From NCBI GenBank assembly GCA_937625935.1, contig OW569361.1, forward strand, positions 186,001-250,000: a stretch of 64,000 nt of DNA, written 5' to 3'. Positions 22,221-31,344 of this stretch are shown here, one piece after another. Origin of the DNA: Tetramitus jugosus. Its lineage: Eukaryota > Protista > Heterolobosea. The notes beneath the pieces were generated by a model. The model was not told the DNA's origin and did not search any database. It was given only the letters and a program-made list of their open reading frames with translations. Numbering within the stretch: position 1 is the stretch's first letter; each line of letters opens with the position of its first letter. The translations under genes and the position numbers were made by a program.

Positions 22221-23207
22221 ATGAGTGATGAAATTAGCCTAGAGAACAACAACAACAACAATACTGACTCACAACAACAACAAGTAAATGACGGTAGCAA
22301 TGGCATTGATGCACAAACATCATCATCCAGTGCAGTCGATCCAACCATTCAAATGAAACAATCGTATGAAAATCTGTCATTGGATCAATCGATTGAAAAA
22401 TTGTTGGTCGACGGTAGCAAGCACCTGTCTGACGTGCACGGATTCAAGAGCGTGATTGGAGAGTTGCAACAGGTCAAGGGCGGTGCAGAAGACAACAAGA
22501 AGGAACTTCAGCGAATGGCCTATGCAAAGAATTTGCAACTGTTGGAACCCAATATTCAAATCATGAGGTCCATGAGTCTCTACAGTGAAATCCTGTGCCA
22601 GAAAGTGGTCGAATACGTGGCCAGTGTTGTAAAATCAGAACCGACAAATGCAGTGCCAAGCAGGGCACAAATGGAAACACTCATCAAAGTGTTGGACAAT
22701 GTGTTGATATTGGACTATTTGAAGACATGGCAAGCCGGTCTCAACAATGACTTTTCAATGTACAGAAGAGCGATGCAACACGTGAGAAAGGACTATAGTT
22801 TGACAGATGATGAAACATTGAGACATTTCTTGATCAGTGCCCACAACATTAACAAGGGACTGAAGAAGGATTTGCAAGATAAGGTTGACGGATTCGAAAA
22901 GGTGTTCATCCATGTGATTAAGCACTGTGTCGACTTGTTTGCCAAGGAACCACAACAGCATCAATTGATGCGTGTCTCCGTGTTCTGCGTCTTCTTGATT
23001 GACACCACTTTGGCCAACAATGAAAAAGTGGCATTTGCCAAGAAGCACCTAAAGTTTTCAAAGTTGTCAAAGTTGTTTGACGATCATCCACGTGTCCTCA
23101 TGTACAGCACTGACCTGTTCATGAATGTGCCTTACTACTTGAAGGGAAGCCCCAACTTTGTCCAATGCGCTGAAGATGACTCTGGTTTCAGTTGCTTCTC
23201 CAGATAG
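22221..23207 (+). CDS. CYRI/CYFIP Rac-binding (DUF1394-like) domain protein
   Basis: LDYLKTWQAGLNNDFSMYRRA matches the LDxLKxxxxxxxNDxSxYxR motif of CYFIP/FAM49; HQLMRVSVFCVFLID resembles the CYFIP HMLLKVMGFGLYLMD segment. Confidence 0.8.
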   Translation: MSDEISLENNNNNNTDSQQQQVNDGSNGIDAQTSSSSAVDPTIQMKQSYENLSLDQSIEKLLVDGSKHLSDVHGFKSVIGELQQVKGGAEDNKKELQRMAYAKNLQLLEPNIQIMRSMSLYSEILCQKVVEYVASVVKSEPTNAVPSRAQMETLIKVLDNVLILDYLKTWQAGLNNDFSMYRRAMQHVRKDYSLTDDETLRHFLISAHNINKGLKKDLQDKVDGFEKVFIHVIKHCVDLFAKEPQQHQLMRVSVFCVFLIDTTLANNEKVAFAKKHLKFSKLSKLFDDHPRVLMYSTDLFMNVPYYLKGSPNFVQCAEDDSGFSCFSR

Positions 23208-23539
23208 ATGATGTTGCACGCCTCTTGAGCAACAACAACTGACTGAAGCTTCATATTAGTAGTAGATTAGTAGTAGTAGTAGATAATGAACCACCACCGC
23301 CACCACACCAACAACTCATTTTTGACGGCAACGACCTTCCCACTGACACACACACATACGCACACCAGCAAACAACAACAAACACATACAGACACAACAA
23401 CAGCAACAATATATTCCAATATAAACATTTATTTCTAATTTGTTCCTGTTCTTCATTTCTTCTCAAAAAGAAGAGAAAATGCTTTACGTATGGTATTCAA
23501 TTGGGATTTTTTTAATATATTAAAATATGAGCGAAAAAA

Positions 23540-24430
23540 TTAGTGAGTGCCACGATTTCCACTGGTGGTTGGCATCATGGTATGCTGTCTTGACTTTTGC
23601 TTCTTTCTCTGTCTTTGAATGTGCTTGTCACGTTGAGCACCAGTCATCTCATCTCTCTTTCGTTTCAGAACGAGCTGCTTCAGTTCCGAGTCCTTTAGGA
23701 AATATGGTTTCTTTCCCGTTTCAGCCACCAACTTTTTCTCATTCTCATAAAAGTCATGCTTCACCTTATCAATCAACTGATCGTGTTCAAAGCCCTTGCT
23801 CTTTGAGATGAGACGTGTCATCTTTCGCTGTATATCTCTCTTGACATTATAATCTAAATCGCGATTCTTCAGTGCAGCCTTGTACTCTTCAATCTCTTGT
23901 TGTTGCATCTCTCTCACGAAACCATACTTTCTGTTTAGCGAATTCTTGAGTGTTTGATTTTCCTTGAGTTGTCCCGCCGTAGCTGACGACAAGTCATCGA
24001 ACCGAGGATCACGAGATTTTATTTTTCCCATGGTTTGATACTTGCCCACTACATTAACAACTTTTGGTACCTTTGCCTTGGAGGATAGCTCTCTCGGTGC
24101 ATTCTTGTTCTTTTTCTTTTTTGGTTCTCCGACTCCGACACCACCATCTCCGACAGTTTGGGCGCGCATTACGTTGGTGGGCAATTCGCTCGTGTCATTT
24201 TTGATTTTTTGTTTCCGGACGCGATCCATTTCTTTTGCATGACGCTCCCGACGCTTTTGTGATTGTTGCTTCTTGAGCAATTGAAGTCGTTGTTCAAACG
24301 AAAGTTCTTTCAAATTTTCAACTTCATCATCATCGCTGTCTTCTTCTTCTTCATCATCATCATTGTCATCTTCTGTTGGAAAAGACTGTTCATTGTCATA
24401 TTCGTCTTCTTCTTCGCTGAATCGATTCAT
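23540..24430 (-). CDS. RRP36: rRNA biogenesis protein RRP36
   Basis: KNAPRELSSK, SRDPRFDDLS, KYGFV and GKKPYFLKDSELK motifs; acidic N-terminus; start MNRFSEEE at 24430. Confidence 0.92.
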   Translation of the reverse strand: MNRFSEEEDEYDNEQSFPTEDDNDDDEEEEDSDDDEVENLKELSFEQRLQLLKKQQSQKRRERHAKEMDRVRKQKIKNDTSELPTNVMRAQTVGDGGVGVGEPKKKKNKNAPRELSSKAKVPKVVNVVGKYQTMGKIKSRDPRFDDLSSATAGQLKENQTLKNSLNRKYGFVREMQQQEIEEYKAALKNRDLDYNVKRDIQRKMTRLISKSKGFEHDQLIDKVKHDFYENEKKLVAETGKKPYFLKDSELKQLVLKRKRDEMTGAQRDKHIQRQRKKQKSRQHTMMPTTSGNRGTH

Positions 24431-24566
24431 GTTTTTGGTTGTTGTTTGATTGTTTTTTTGCTGAGGCGGGGTCAATCTTTTCGTTGAACAAAAAACACTA
24501 ATTCTCCTCTCCCATCGCGCCAAAAACGCAACAAAAGTGAAACACAAAGACAGCAGTAGTTTCATT

Positions 24567-25859
24567 ATGGGCAAACGAAAGCGTTCCAATCAACAACAAT
24601 CATCATCATCTTCTCCATCTTCCATGCTCTCTACTGTTGCCAAACAACTCTCTAAAAAATCCAAAATGACTTCTGTAGTTTCTCCTCTCAACACATCAAC
24701 AACAACAACATTTTCAAAAATGGGTCGCAATCGTTCACTCTCCACCAGCACCAGCACCACCAACAACAACATTCCCATTCTTTTCAAAAATCGATCTGTT
24801 CTCATCATTGATAAACCATTTGATGTTCATTTGGACGGAAAAAATGAAAAAACTGTTGAAAAATTGATTAATGAACAACATTCGGATATGAATGAATGGT
24901 TAGAAGATGAAATTGTAGATCTTCGATTCAAGACTGAACGTCGAAAATTAAAATTTTGTCATCAATTGGACTATAGCACAAGTGGAGTCATGTGTCTCGC
25001 ATTTACAAGAGAGAGTTGTGCCCGAATCTCAACGTGTTTTCAATTTAGAACAGCTCAAAAGTGGTATTTGGCTGTGGTGTTGGGTCATTTGCACACGAAT
25101 GATTTGTTGTGTTTGAATAGGAATGATAATGATAATGATGCTGTGGAACCAACAGAGACAGAATTAGAAACAAAGAAAAAGAAGAAGAAACATGGGTCGT
25201 CAAAAGAGGAATTATTGTGTAGGATGCAAGGTGTGCGTGTCATTCATGACAATTCAAGTGGTGATGGCACTGAAAAAGAGTCGATTCAAATTGAGACGTG
25301 GATTGGTAATGATTTGGATGATGCACGTGGATTTCGAATGAGGAATTGGAACAAGTTGGATGCATCTGTTGATTCGCAAGCTGCGGTGACTGCACAAGAG
25401 GAAAAGATGAAGTTGAGTGATGCGAGATTGGGTGAGACGAATTGCACAATATTGAATCGAGGTTACTATTTGGTTCCTGTGCCCGTGTCAGAGGATCAGT
25501 CGCAACAAGGCAGTGCAGATTCGAATGAGACGGCACAAACGACTCAGCCACCAAAATTCAAGCGAGTTCCAGTGACAAAGGTACTGCTGAAGCCAAAGAC
25601 TGGTCGGAGGCATCAATTGAGGCTGCACATGAAGCATATTGGTCATGCCATATGTGGAGATGCAACATATGCAGAAGATTTTGAAGCTCATCGGATGATG
25701 CTTCATGCATGGCGCCTCACACTGCCCATTGATTTCAATGATCAGAGCTATAAGAGGCCGACAAGGTATACGAACAAGGGTGTGAATGAACGGACGCCAA
25801 TGATTACATTTGAAACAGAGGATCCATTCAAAGGTGTCTTGTTCAAATGGGATCAATAA
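24567..25859 (+). CDS. RluA/RPUSD-family RNA pseudouridine synthase
   Basis: IIDKP, HQLDYSTSG (catalytic Asp), KWYLAVV, PKTGRRHQLRLHMKHIGHAICGDATY, MMLHAWRL. Confidence 0.95.
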   Translation: MGKRKRSNQQQSSSSSPSSMLSTVAKQLSKKSKMTSVVSPLNTSTTTTFSKMGRNRSLSTSTSTTNNNIPILFKNRSVLIIDKPFDVHLDGKNEKTVEKLINEQHSDMNEWLEDEIVDLRFKTERRKLKFCHQLDYSTSGVMCLAFTRESCARISTCFQFRTAQKWYLAVVLGHLHTNDLLCLNRNDNDNDAVEPTETELETKKKKKKHGSSKEELLCRMQGVRVIHDNSSGDGTEKESIQIETWIGNDLDDARGFRMRNWNKLDASVDSQAAVTAQEEKMKLSDARLGETNCTILNRGYYLVPVPVSEDQSQQGSADSNETAQTTQPPKFKRVPVTKVLLKPKTGRRHQLRLHMKHIGHAICGDATYAEDFEAHRMMLHAWRLTLPIDFNDQSYKRPTRYTNKGVNERTPMITFETEDPFKGVLFKWDQ

Positions 25860-25905
25860 ATATTTATATTTTGTTGGATTCATTCCTAGTTTCAATGCTT
25901 GTTGT

Positions 25906-27516
25906 TCATATCTTGTTCTCTACTTTGTTGAATTGTTGTTCCAGTTCATAGGGATAGGAACTGTGAAGGTACGTCCTATTCAATCGAATGACCATGGACC
26001 TAACTATTTCACTCAATGTTTTGGTTGGTTGGAATGGTATGTTGTTCTTGAGTTCAACTCTTTGTGACTCCACAAAGAACAGTCGCTTATTCAATTCTTC
26101 TTCTCGTTCAACAAAGTGAATCCTTTGCATTTCTACATTGGCTTGGATCTGCTTAATCTCCCTTTCAAACTTTAGTTTCTCAGAGGTAAACTTGATCTTC
26201 TCTTGTTTGACCTCATGAATGCTATCGTTCAAGATTTTCTTCTGTTGATCCAGTGTCCTTTCCTTTTCTTCTACTTCCTTGAGAGAAACTTCAAGTAGAT
26301 GCTTACTCTGATCAAGAGATAATAACGAAGCGTAAAAAAGATCGAAGTTGTCCTTAAAATTCTCTTTCTTTGGAGTGTTCATTGGTGAAAATAACGAACG
26401 TTCTGCATGTCGAGCCTGAGTCTTGATAGGAGAGAGAGCAATTGTGGAGTTAAAGTCTTCAGGATACTCTGATATCACAGAGTAGTCTAAAAACTCGAGA
26501 GAGGTGGTGGATTCACTCCAAACATCCTCTATCAAACCTTCGGATGACCTCTGGAACTTGTACACATGAATACTTCTGTTACTAAACGACATCCACATGA
26601 AATTCTTAATAGATATCATCGCATGAACGTAACCTTTCAGTATCACCAATTCATGAACTTGTTCGGCATTAGAAGCTCTAAACACTCGTATCTTCTTGTC
26701 ATTTGATGCTGCTAGAACAAGTCCATTTGCTATGTGCAAGCAGTTGATGATGCTATTCAAACAACACACAGACTTTACCAAGACAAGAGAATCATTCTCA
26801 ATATTCCATACATTAATCATTCCTCCCTTACAAGAGCTCCATATTCGATCATTTTCGGCATCATACACCAGTTGAAGGATGCTATTCTCGTGGACTTTTT
26901 CTTCGAACAAAATCGAACCAGACATATTCCACAGTCTAACGTTACCATCATCACTCCCTGACCATACTCTCTCACCTACACAAATAACACTATTGATCCA
27001 TCCTTTCAATCCAAAACTTGTATGTACAAGTTCTCCCTCTTCATTCCAGTACTTTATCGTTCCATCCGCACTCACACTAATGATGACACCATTCAAACAA
27101 AGAGTCATATCTGAAATAGGAGCCGAGTGACAACTATCACAATTTTTCAACAGGCATCTTTTTCGAATGGACCATATCTGAATCTGACCATTTGCACAAC
27201 CACACCACATATTCTGTCCCACAATTGTGAATACCACGACATGAGTTCTTTGCGATCGTGCTGTCCTGCATTGAAATGACTCTGATATCGTTCCAACAAG
27301 TGTAGTGACTATAGAGGCGTTAGAAGCATTTCTGATGATAATATTACCATCTTTTTGTCCACACCATACTTCGTTGTAGGATCGAACATAGCAGAATGAC
27401 CTGGCGTCCACCTGATGATAATGTTTCACCCATTGAATCACCGAATCTGTACCTGGAGTCGGCTGAGTAGTAGATGTATTGAGAGGCAACGGATAAGTTC
27501 TACTTCTCTTTCTCAT
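25906..27516 (-). CDS. WD40-repeat protein with C-terminal coiled coil
   Basis: Repeated VWCG/VWSGSDDGNVRLWN/SVSADGTIKYWN blades; heptad-rich C-terminus. Confidence 0.88.
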   Translation of the reverse strand: MRKRSRTYPLPLNTSTTQPTPGTDSVIQWVKHYHQVDARSFCYVRSYNEVWCGQKDGNIIIRNASNASIVTTLVGTISESFQCRTARSQRTHVVVFTIVGQNMWCGCANGQIQIWSIRKRCLLKNCDSCHSAPISDMTLCLNGVIISVSADGTIKYWNEEGELVHTSFGLKGWINSVICVGERVWSGSDDGNVRLWNMSGSILFEEKVHENSILQLVYDAENDRIWSSCKGGMINVWNIENDSLVLVKSVCCLNSIINCLHIANGLVLAASNDKKIRVFRASNAEQVHELVILKGYVHAMISIKNFMWMSFSNRSIHVYKFQRSSEGLIEDVWSESTTSLEFLDYSVISEYPEDFNSTIALSPIKTQARHAERSLFSPMNTPKKENFKDNFDLFYASLLSLDQSKHLLEVSLKEVEEKERTLDQQKKILNDSIHEVKQEKIKFTSEKLKFEREIKQIQANVEMQRIHFVEREEELNKRLFFVESQRVELKNNIPFQPTKTLSEIVRSMVIRLNRTYLHSSYPYELEQQFNKVENKI

Positions 27517-27659
27517 CTTTAGATTCTGAACTATTGCAACGGTCGTACAATGTTTTTTGGAGCCAAATCAATTTGGCCGATCCGAAAAGATATTCCGGTC
27601 AAACCCACGGCGAACAAACAAAACAAACAAAACAAACAAAGCAAACAAAACAACCAAAC

Positions 27660-28418
27660 ATGATGATCAATGAGATGAAGATTGCCCTCAGGAAACAAAT
27701 GAGAAAGGCCTTACGGGACGGATTATCCCTCAAAGACAAGCAACTTGCGAGCTCTCAGCTCATTCAATTACTCACAGCTTCCAAGATCTTTCAAGAGTGT
27801 ACACACATTTGTTGTTATGCACCCATGTTAAGAGAAGAAGTGGATACATTGCCATTGATCCATCAGGTACTAGGTACAGACAGTTACAAGTCATTGTACA
27901 TGCCTGTCATGCACAACAATCAAGACATTCATATGCTTCGTGTGAGAGACATGGAGGACTTTGGTACGTTTGAAGGACATCGAAATCCGTTTGGTATCTT
28001 GGAGCCACCAGAGAATTCTCTTTTATATCGGAGTAATTTGATGGATGATCTGAAGGAGTGGGCAGAGAAGGAGAAGGAGCGGAAAATGAAGGGAAAGCAG
28101 GAGGATCTGAGAGAGAGCACAGAGGACGGAGGATCTGTTACAAGGCAACAAGTATCATTTGTGCCGAGAGTATTGGTGGTTACTCCTGGATTGGCATTTG
28201 ATTTGAATGGTCGAAGATTGGGCAGAGGTAAGGGATACTATGATCGATTCATTCGTTCTCTCAGGAATCTCACGAGAGAGAACAATATACCTTTAACTTT
28301 GATTGCTCCCGTTTTTCCATGTCAGATCGTGGAAGAGGTGCCAGCAGAGCCTTCTCATGATGAGAATGTGGACATTGTGTTCAGCACGACCGTAACTGAA
28401 CCTCTCAATCGTCTGTAG
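27660..28418 (+). CDS. MTHFS: 5-formyltetrahydrofolate cyclo-ligase
   Basis: KIALRKQM, EVDT, FGILEP, VVTPGLAFDLNGRRLGRGKGYYDRF, HDENVD. Confidence 0.95.
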   Translation: MMINEMKIALRKQMRKALRDGLSLKDKQLASSQLIQLLTASKIFQECTHICCYAPMLREEVDTLPLIHQVLGTDSYKSLYMPVMHNNQDIHMLRVRDMEDFGTFEGHRNPFGILEPPENSLLYRSNLMDDLKEWAEKEKERKMKGKQEDLRESTEDGGSVTRQQVSFVPRVLVVTPGLAFDLNGRRLGRGKGYYDRFIRSLRNLTRENNIPLTLIAPVFPCQIVEEVPAEPSHDENVDIVFSTTVTEPLNRL

Positions 28419-28676
28419 AGTCCTTCAGTGAACTAGTTCTGGTAACTAACGACAAGGCATGTGCTCAACTTACAAATTGTTGCATCCTTGTTGTTCGATA
28501 AGATTAGTTGACGAGGGTGAAAACAGTTCACACAGCGAACAATATGATTCCCAATGAAGACTTAGGATCACAAATTTCCTCCCTGCGAGAGTTCATCTTC
28601 TAAGAAACAAACACACATGATGATCTTCGTTGTTTATTCAATTTCTTGATATCCTGGTGTGTCGAACATGGATAGG

Positions 28677-29150
28677 CTACTTGTTAGGGTATGGAGATGT
28701 TTGGCGAGCTTGAGCCAATGATTCTCTGAGTACCTCCACTTCTTCCTTCAACTTCTGATTTTCTTCTCTCAAGCCTTGGCATTCCTCAGTAACAAGATTG
28801 AGCTTACATGTCATTGCACTTTGATACCTTGAATGCTTCTCATTGTCCTTCTTTACCTCTTTTCTAAGGTTTCGGCTTTCCTTTTGATTCTGTTCAAGAA
28901 GAGTCTTCCAGTGTCTACTCTCTTCTTTACTTTTTTCAAGTTCAAGTCCTCTTTGCTTGCTTTCTTCTTTGACATCAACTATTTTTTGAAGGGTCATTTT
29001 CAGAAACTTATCCTTGTCTTTGAGCTTTGTTGCGAGTAGTCCCACTGCTTTCTTAGTTACAGCATTATACTGGCAACCACGGGCACACTCTTCGTGAATA
29101 TCCTCAATATCAAGAATGTTGATAGATGCGTTGTTGTTCGAGCTGTTCAT
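28677..29150 (-). CDS. Coiled-coil protein, short paralog (157 aa)
   Basis: N-terminal ~90 aa nearly identical to the 29267-30151 gene (ILDIEDIHxECARGCQ...DKDKFLKMTLQKIVDVKEESKQRGLEL). Confidence 0.8.
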   Translation of the reverse strand: MNSSNNNASINILDIEDIHEECARGCQYNAVTKKAVGLLATKLKDKDKFLKMTLQKIVDVKEESKQRGLELEKSKEESRHWKTLLEQNQKESRNLRKEVKKDNEKHSRYQSAMTCKLNLVTEECQGLREENQKLKEEVEVLRESLAQARQTSPYPNK

Positions 29151-29266
29151 GTTGATTAATTTTGTTAGTTGAAACTTTACAGTTGTTTTTCAATAGGTGG
29201 AAGACAAATGAGGGATATGAATGGGCAATTTATTCAAGGATACACGACCCCATGGGAATCTTAGTT

Positions 29267-30151
29267 CTACTTTTTCTTTGACATACTATCGATTGCATCG
29301 TTGATACTGTTCTTGAGCTCTTCGATGTCAATTTCAAGGTAATTATCCAAGAATAGTGTCTTGGAGACATCCTCATACACTATCTCTCCCTTTGTTTCCA
29401 AGTAGTCCCTCACATGGGTAAGGAAATCAACCTTTTCTTCCTCCCTCATTAAATCATATTGAGCTTTGATATGGTCAATGTGGGCGATAGAGTTTCTGGT
29501 AGCCTTGAGGTTCCCTCGACGGAGTCTCTCATGAAACAAACATACTAACTTTTCCACACCAATTATCCACTTCATGTCTTTCAATTCTTTTCTAATTTCA
29601 TTGTCAGACTCTCTGAGGGTCTCTAATTCCTTGGTCGTAAGGTCCAGTCTGTGAGTGAGTGAGTCAATCTTCTCCTTTTGGTTCTCCACCATGAGTTTCA
29701 AACTTTGGCGTTCCTTTTGGTCTTGTTCAAATTGTACTTGGTTCTGCTTGACGACTAGCTCCAAGCGTCGACGCTCCTTTTGATCTTGTTCAAATTGTAC
29801 TTGGTTCTGCTTGATTCTGAGTTCCAAGCGTCTACGTTCATTTCTGCTCTGTACAAGTTCCTTTTGGTTCTCTTCAAGTTGTCGTTGGTTCTGCTCAAGT
29901 ATGAGTTCCCATCGTCGAAGCGCTTCTTGACTCTGTTGAAGTTCAAGCCCTCTTTGCTTGCTCTCTTCTTTGACATCAACTATTTTTTGAAGGGTCATTT
30001 TCAGAAACTTATCCTTGTCTGCGAGTTTTTTTGCCACGAGTTCTACCGCTCTCTTTGTTACAGAATTAAACTGGCATCCACGGGCACATTCTTGGTGGAT
30101 ATCCTCAATATCAAGGATCTTGGTTGAAGGGTTGATGGCAGTGCTGCTCAT
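29267..30151 (-). CDS. Coiled-coil protein, long paralog (294 aa), with 21-aa repeats and a C-terminal RNSIAH motif
   Basis: Tandem paralog of 28677-29150; internal repeats ERRRLELxxKQNQVQFEQDQK; C-terminal helical region containing RNSIAH. Confidence 0.82.
   Translation of the reverse strand: MSSTAINPSTKILDIEDIHQECARGCQFNSVTKRAVELVAKKLADKDKFLKMTLQKIVDVKEESKQRGLELQQSQEALRRWELILEQNQRQLEENQKELVQSRNERRRLELRIKQNQVQFEQDQKERRRLELVVKQNQVQFEQDQKERQSLKLMVENQKEKIDSLTHRLDLTTKELETLRESDNEIRKELKDMKWIIGVEKLVCLFHERLRRGNLKATRNSIAHIDHIKAQYDLMREEEKVDFLTHVRDYLETKGEIVYEDVSKTLFLDNYLEIDIEELKNSINDAIDSMSKKK
29711..29836 (-). repeat. 63-bp coding tandem repeat (two close copies plus degenerate flanks)
   Basis: 29711-29773 and 29774-29836 share TCTTGTTCAAATTGTACTTGGTTCTGCTTGA...TCCAAGCGTC. 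Confidence 0.85.
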
Positions 30152-30606
30152 GTTGATTAGAGTTGTTTTTCAGTTTTATCTTCTTCTCTTGCGAAAAATT
30201 ATTCAAACTGTTTTACGAGTATCAGTTAACAGATCAGTTAGGGTGGTTAATCAAATTCTCCGAGACAGTTCTTCTATTCAAACCATTTCCAATGATTCTA
30301 TTACTGTAGAATACAAACGGGAAGAAGACTTCGTTGAGAGGAAGTGGGAGATTGATTGAAGGAGCATAGCTTTTTACCGTCAGACTGAATTCCTCTCAAA
30401 ACTCTATGAAAACTATTCTATCTAGGTCTTGTGCAGATTAGGCAACTATCCAAGCTTTTAGATTCAATATTTACAAATGGCACCACATCGTCCAACTATT
30501 GACTCTGTTCACACCACCTTGTCGGAAGCTCACGAGCGAGAGATAAAAAAACTTATTTTTGGAATCACAAAAGAACAACGGAAAGCACCAAACTAAACAG
30601 AAGAAC

Positions 30607-31314
30607 ATGAACGCATTTGAACAGTTCTCTCAGGATCAAAACAAGCTGATTGATAGCAAGTACCAAGCCATATATCAACTCAGAGAAGATATCTTGCGGT
30701 TAAGATCACAGATCCATTCAGTCCATGACCCACAAGTGAATCAACTGAAGCAAAAGTTGAGTGAGCTCAATGTGTTGGAACACGAGTTGGCACTGATCCA
30801 AAGAGAGTCCTATCACGTGCTAGAAAAGTACTTGCAATTGGACGAACTCAAAATATCGACCATCTTTCCTCATTGGCAACACGACAAGCACAAGTCTCAT
30901 TTGAAGAGCATGATGTCGTCATCCATGTCATCATTGTCTAGTGGAAGTGGTGGAAGTGGTGGTGGTAGTGGTGGTGGTGAAGTATCATCGTATCACGACA
31001 CACCTGGCTATAGCTTTTCAAAGAATTACAAGATTAAGAGCGCATTGTCGAGTCTCTCGCTCGCACCACCATCCAGTGCGAGTGAACAACATGTGCGATC
31101 CGGTATTCCATCGCCTTTGCCCGATGATTTAGACGAATTGATGGATGATATTAGAGAGAGTAGGTCAAAGTTGCTAAAGTATAAAGAGAAGAAGCACTTG
31201 GACAACAAGGATATTGCGACCAAGTTTCTGCTGGAGCAGAGGTTGAAGGAAGCAGAAGAGAAGCGTGAAGAAATTGTGCGCAGAGGCGCATTGTACAAGA
31301 GACACATTGTATAA
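30607..31314 (+). CDS. Hypothetical coiled-coil protein
   Basis: ATG 30607 (MNAFEQF); coiled-coil ends flanking a Ser/Gly linker; AATAAA after the stop. Confidence 0.75.
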   Translation: MNAFEQFSQDQNKLIDSKYQAIYQLREDILRLRSQIHSVHDPQVNQLKQKLSELNVLEHELALIQRESYHVLEKYLQLDELKISTIFPHWQHDKHKSHLKSMMSSSMSSLSSGSGGSGGGSGGGEVSSYHDTPGYSFSKNYKIKSALSSLSLAPPSSASEQHVRSGIPSPLPDDLDELMDDIRESRSKLLKYKEKKHLDNKDIATKFLLEQRLKEAEEKREEIVRRGALYKRHIV

Positions 31315-31344
31315 CGAAAATCGTGTTCAATAAACAGTGAGTTG

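Noticed and set aside
21604-22224. 206-aa ORF upstream of the CYFIP-like gene
   Set aside because: Low-complexity CAA/CAC-rich divergent promoter and UTR sequence with no protein-like motif.
27613-27655. ACAAACAAA tandem repeat and other CAA/GAT runs as CRISPR-like arrays
   Set aside because: Simple microsatellites with no unique spacers; eukaryotic context and no cas genes.
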